From: Phoronis australis | Lineage: Eukaryota; Animalia; Phoronida | Assembly (NCBI GenBank): GCA_002633005.1 | Contig: NMRA01000043.1 | Span: 400,018-464,017, forward strand | Length of the DNA: 64,000 nucleotides | Direction: 5' to 3' | In this document: positions 58,432 through 64,000 of the stretch, one piece after another | Layout: the number at the start of each line of letters is the position of its first letter | Position numbering within the stretch: the first letter of the stretch is position 1 | The notes under the pieces: generated by a model | The model's database searches: none | What the model was told of the DNA's origin: nothing | Seen by the model: the letters and a program-made list of their open reading frames with translations, nothing else | Position numbers and translations under genes: made by a program

Positions 58432-58645
58432 TACAGAGGCAAATGCAAAAAGTAAATTGTCACCAGGAGGTACAGTGGAACTCAGATCAGTCTGAAATTC
58501 ATCTTCATCTGTCGTCAGCTTCATAGGAACACATCAACCAATTCTCACTAATATCCTGCTAGGGATTTAGGAGATACAGCAGTGGCCACCTGACACCCAG
58601 AGATGATGACACTATGCTCCCACATGAGTACGTGGGTGCATTATA
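58432..58645 (-). mobile_element. Terminal fragment of a HINE-like element
   Basis: aaattgtcaccaggaggtac...tttaggagatacagc...cagagatgatgacactatgctcccacatgagtacgtgggtgcat. Confidence 0.65.
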
Positions 58646-60135
58646 ATGTAAAGGACAAAGTCATGAAAATATTAGGTGAGTAAAATTTTTTTATTTTAAA
58701 GTACTGAATAGACACTGAATAATGCCTGTTTCAACATTAAGCTGATATTTTGGACAGCTGTAGCTGGTGCACCACTAGGAACTACTGTTGACACCTACCC
58801 TCAATAGCATATCTAAGAAAACAAATGTGGAATGCAGTCTGATTCAAAAGCTCTACAAAATCCATCATACAATCTAAATTTCATTAACATTTCATAGCAG
58901 GCTAGATATAGACCAGAACAACGCACAATTCGTTTTTACCAAACGTTGATCTTGATTCAGAATGAACAGAATATGAAAACGGGAATGGGAAATATGTCTA
59001 CAAGACACTATGAACTAAACCAAATTAATAGCACGAATGGCACTTATGAAATTAATATCTTTACAAATCTGCCATCATCGAATGTTTATCAAGCCAGACA
59101 TTCATCACATCATGCTGAACAAAAATGAAGAGGGAAGTCTTCAAATGGCATTAGCGTGGTTTAGGTGCTAACCCATTTACGTGATAACCGCAGACACTGA
59201 GAAGAGATGTATGAGGTGAGTGTACAATGACCTCTTCAGTAGTGGGTGTTAAGTTGAAAGTCCCACATCAACATATCAGGCATCAGTTATTTTTGGAGAC
59301 TTGAGTGAATGAAAATAGGTCTACACGCCTGCCCTTGGACTCCTCACATCCCTACATCAAATAGGATATACTCCACTGATGGGTGTGATTTTCATGATCA
59401 ATTTAACACTTATTAACTGAAGCAAAATGTATAGGAAACTTGGAAGGAACCACTGGTCAATTCAAGTGGACACATTAGTCAGGTATGAAATGCTTGGATA
59501 TCTGAAGTGAGTATAATAAAGACTTGACTTGCAATTAAGGAAGGGCTGTGAAGTGAAGGCAAGGTGAAGCCTTGTCAGTCACTGCTAGGGTGAGATGACA
59601 TCATGTTACCATGGATTGTGCATGAGTAATACATTTTTCACGTCCATTCACACACTCATTTACACTCATAGATTCGACAAAAACGCTTCACTTTTAATGA
59701 ACATAATAATGACTTGAATGAATGAATGAAGTAGCAGCCTCTGATCAATCATGCTCTACAAAATATATTGTAAATCTCAGCAGAATACAAGCAGAGACAA
59801 TGAAAACAAGGCATGTGTAAAACGGTATCATAAATAACAAAATAAAAGTACAAACTCAAAACTGATGAATTCAACGGTCTTACAGAGATAAAAAGTCATT
59901 CAACATGTTGGAGGACGACTACCGTTTCCACACCATTCATCTAATGTTCATTGCTGCCTACACACAAGCTAGGAATAACAGTAATTGAAAGTCAATACTT
60001 TTCAACTAAAAAAATGTCATACTTTTCAACTTGATCACTTACTATTGTAAGTCTCGTGAAAAGGCTTACTTATTACAATTTGCTTTTGCAACAAACTTAA
60101 GCAAACTATTCACCAGCAAAGTGGAGTCCCTATAT

Positions 60136-60621
60136 GCCTTTTCATACTAACGTCGATGCGTCGATGTTTTGGGGAGTTGCGGTAAATGTGAATGGTTAAC
60201 TTCGAGGTCCTGGATCGACGTTAATAGCGCCAGTTAACTTCGCAGTAAATAGGTGAATTTAACAGCAGAGCACAGACGCTGTGGTGTTGTATGAACAGTC
60301 AACTTCAGTCTCGCCACTGTTATCGTCAGTTAAAGGGTAGTGTTGTCGCTAGTAGTTTCTTATATTTTGTTTGAATAATCAGCAAACAAATTAAAAATAA
60401 GCCCATGTGGATATTTTGAAACTGTCACGTCAAAATAAATCTTAGCATGCACAGGATGCATCAGTGTTACCTTGCGATTACTTCAATGACAACAGCGTCA
60501 CCTATCGTTTACTTCGATGCCGTTAAAACTATCGAAGCTGACATGAATGATTCAATTAACATCACAGTTTATGTCGACGCTACGCTTATACCGGACTTAA
60601 GTTATGGTACTATGAAAGGGT
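60136..60621 (+). mobile_element. PIF/Harbinger-like MITE
   Basis: TIR-like gccttttcatact / actatgaaaggg; inverted homologue of 57980-58431. Confidence 0.65.
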
Positions 60622-61774
60622 TTTTTAAAACTTTATAAAAAGCACAAGGTTCTGTTTTATTCAAATTTCGTTGAAAACACGACCGCACTTTTTGTTTGAC
60701 AGCATACTACAAACTCGCTGGTAGTCTCTAAACAATCTCCTATATTCATGCGTGCAGCTATGTAATAAAACACAGAGAAACATAACATACAAACAAGTTA
60801 AAACACTATCTATATTTTGAGACCACATGTATTTGTTTCGTTAAAAATTACTCTTGTCGCCATTAGTGACAATAAGTACAATAGGCAATGCACAAGCATC
60901 AGGCAAAGAAAATAACAATTTCCATGGAACTGTTTTGGTCCAATGAAAGCAAGAGAACAACCTCTGCTTCCAGGGCAGGTGATGAAGATGTAACATTTTT
61001 TATATTCAGATATGGTGTTGGTTTTTTAGTGCAAGTCATTTTAACATCCCACAGAACACTTAGTAATTTGGTGGCATAATGACCAAAAAGAATGTGAAAA
61101 ATGCATTGTTCATATCCGGAAAAAGTTGAGTCGCTTAGGACACAGTATGGCTGACAAGTGAAATTATTCATTTTTTCATAAAAGATATGTAAACGCCTTC
61201 TCATTTGAAATGAGCTTTTCTCAAATAGCAGTAGCACCAAATGAACGTTGTCCCATGTTCAAACTCTGAATCACAGCTACCACTCGACAATAATTTTTTA
61301 TATTTTGAACATTTTAACGACCTACACAACAATGGTAGAAGCATTTGAAAAATGAAAAAGGACAATTTCAGCAATTATCTTTTTTCTGAAATTGGTTATA
61401 TTAAAAAATTCCAAAAACAGTCCTATTGGTATGCACTGTAACAACAGAGATTATTCCAGTGGGCTATCATTCAATGAGATAAACACATATTCATTAACAT
61501 CATGTACAGTGTAATGAATAAATTATAACTTTTTAAACTGTTGAATTGCTGGTTCATGATGCTGGCACTGACTTCACAGATCACCAGAAACAGTGTCAAA
61601 TTTTTCCTATATACCTTTCTCTATAGAAGCCAAGTCATGAATTGTTCTGAAAATGACAGTTTGTAGTTACTGTACATACATTCAACAGGACGTGACAATG
61701 GCCAATAACTTACTACTTTGATTAAAATTAAAGAATCACTAAAATTTCCTAAAATCAATCATAACACAAACCAC

Positions 61775-62510
61775 AAGATCAATGTATCACGTTGAAACGC
61801 GCTGACGCTCACAACAGCACTGCGTCTGTAGCACACCCTCTACAAAGAGCGCATCGCTCGATACGTGGGGATATTTTAATATATTTTAGTACCGACGCTG
61901 GTCATTTTAGTTTTACTAGTTTTACTATTTTATATTTTTATTGGTCTGTAACTGCACAGCATTGCAACATCTATTTGATTTCAGTATGCTTCTAGGTTAG
62001 CTTATTAGAATTATAAAATGGTCACTAGATGGTACCGAATACATAAAACTCGTTTGAAAATGGGAAGGTGTCATCACTTTCGGAAAAGAAATTTATTTGC
62101 AAAGATCTTGCTGGAGGTTTAGGAGATACAGCCGCACACGCAAAAAATGCCACAAGGGGGCACCAAAGTAGGTGAACGCATCAGAAAATACAAACATCAT
62201 TTGTGCTCTTGTTAGTAGGGCACAATTGGGAAGTTTCACTCTGATCCTTTGAGTGGCTTGGTGGTCAAGAAGTAAAAATTCATCAAGGCTCTCCGAAGAT
62301 ACATAAAACAGTGAAATTGCTATCAGGGGACACATTGGTATTCAGATCCATCTAAAAGTCGCGATCATCTGTTATCTCCATAGGAACAATTTTCATGAAC
62401 ATCCTCCAATGGGCTTTGGAAACAGCAGTAGATGCTGGACACCCTGACGTCACACAGAGAATCAGATGATGGCAATACTCGACCACACATAAATACGTGG
62501 GCGCATAGCA
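61775..62510 (-). mobile_element. Degenerate HINE-like element
   Basis: caagatcaatgtatcacgttgaaacgcgc end, gtcactagatggtac and gccacaagggggcac units, terminal hairpin gaccacacataaatacgtgggcgcat. Confidence 0.65.
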
Positions 62511-64000
62511 AGCAGACAAAGTAGTTTAATAACCAAATGGTTTCTCTCGAGCACAATTTTTAAAATAAAGAAAAGTTAATAAATCTCTGTGATGTATAGA
62601 ATAGCCTGAGTTTTAAAATAATGTAAAAATACACTTAGCCAATGGAAATTTACTAAATCGTTGTAAACAATAACCTTTCAATTTAAGCCATTCAAAGGAA
62701 AGATGGTCATTAAATCTTAACTCTTCGCTGAATACTTTCCAAGCAACACAATGGTCGCTTAAAATAGTCAATCGAGATAAATGTCATTTGAAACCTGGGA
62801 TTTTCTAGATATATAATGACACGGAAAACGAACCATTAAGTTATTGGACAAACAAGTGCACTGCAACTGGCCTTCAGGACAAAGAAACAGCAACAAGACA
62901 CAGGAAGTAAATATTTACGTGTCAGCTGGATTAGTCCTAACAAAACAACTCTACAGTAATAAATATCTAGTCACCATGACCAAAACAACAATTTCATCCA
63001 AAAGCTTGTCAACTTCCCCAAGAACTATGAATCAACAAAAAACTGATTTAATAACTTAAATGAAAATCATACTGCACTGATAAATTCAAAGGCTAGTTCA
63101 AAAACATTATAGGAAGATTATAATAATCTAAGCGACAGATTACTATATCACCCATGATAGGTGATAGAACAGAATTCATAATTCACTCAGACATGTAGCC
63201 AAAGTCCAGAGACATTGTCCTATAACATGTCACCAGCATATCTATGATTTCAAGATAGGAACATTAAAAGTTGACTGACACCTTAAGCTATGTTCACACA
63301 GGTAAAGAAGTGCAACTTGACCCATGAATAAGTCTGATCGGGTCAGATGCAACAGACCCCCCACCGGAATCGTCAATGTATCAGCAGAGTGAGGAAGATC
63401 TTGGTACAAACAAGACCCTGGCACAACCTGACAGTCAGAGTTGGCCCCCAAGCTATATGAACTATTCAGCTGCCTTGTTTTCTTTGGAATCAATAAGACC
63501 TAGTTGCACAATGATATCATTGGCTTTGTTTACTCAGGCGAGAAAAATTCACTGAAAAACTTATAGCCCTCATTGCCAAGGTATTGGTGAATACAAACAC
63601 AGAGTACCTCAGTTTGGCGCCAAACAATGTCTGACAAACACAAGGTGATTTCAAGTCCATAACTTAACACTCTATGAAAAACACTACACTTGGCATCTAT
63701 AGAAAACTAGTGTGCTACTATACTTTACAGTAAAGATTTGAGAGTAAGGAGTTGACTTTGTGCAATATGAGAACGGGATATTTTTTGTTTGTTTTGTTTT
63801 GTTTTGTATTTTTGGACACATTTTTTAACTTCAAGTGATGTGAGAATTTTTGTTACCCCATGAGACAGGAAGCCCGCTATTGGGAGGGTAAGCGTTTGTT
63901 GAGGCCCAGACTCATTTGACATCATCAAATCCTGTGCCTAAGGGACAAAATCACCTACTTGCACATAAAAGTTCAATTAACTCAGGACATTCAAGTGATT

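Overview
This is AT-rich animal genomic DNA, not prokaryotic. The repeat landscape suggests a marine invertebrate, possibly an invertebrate deuterostome, but the species cannot be determined from the sequence. It is a draft scaffold with three N-gaps and several single-N joins. The left 24 kb carry 20 consecutive GT-AG coding exons of a TMEM131 (RW1) orthologue on the minus strand. They splice into one continuous frame of 2419 nt (about 806 codons). The gene continues past the left edge, and its 5'-most exons could not be placed with confidence. The rest is intronic or intergenic DNA rich in non-autonomous DNA transposons: (i) Helentron-associated (HINE/DINE-1-like) elements whose ~150-bp internal repeats carry CTCF-consensus-like motifs; (ii) a TA-targeting Tc1/mariner (Tc2-like, CCGTA...TACGG) family clustered at 39-52 kb, including one copy nested in inverted orientation inside another; (iii) hAT-like and PIF/Harbinger-like MITEs and minisatellites. 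The most notable observations are the mobile, oriented CTCF-like motif arrays, three TMEM131 splice sites duplicated in tandem, and a Penelope-type minimal hammerhead-like motif. No transposase ORF, CRISPR array or prokaryotic system is supported. Most entries in the ORF track are spurious.
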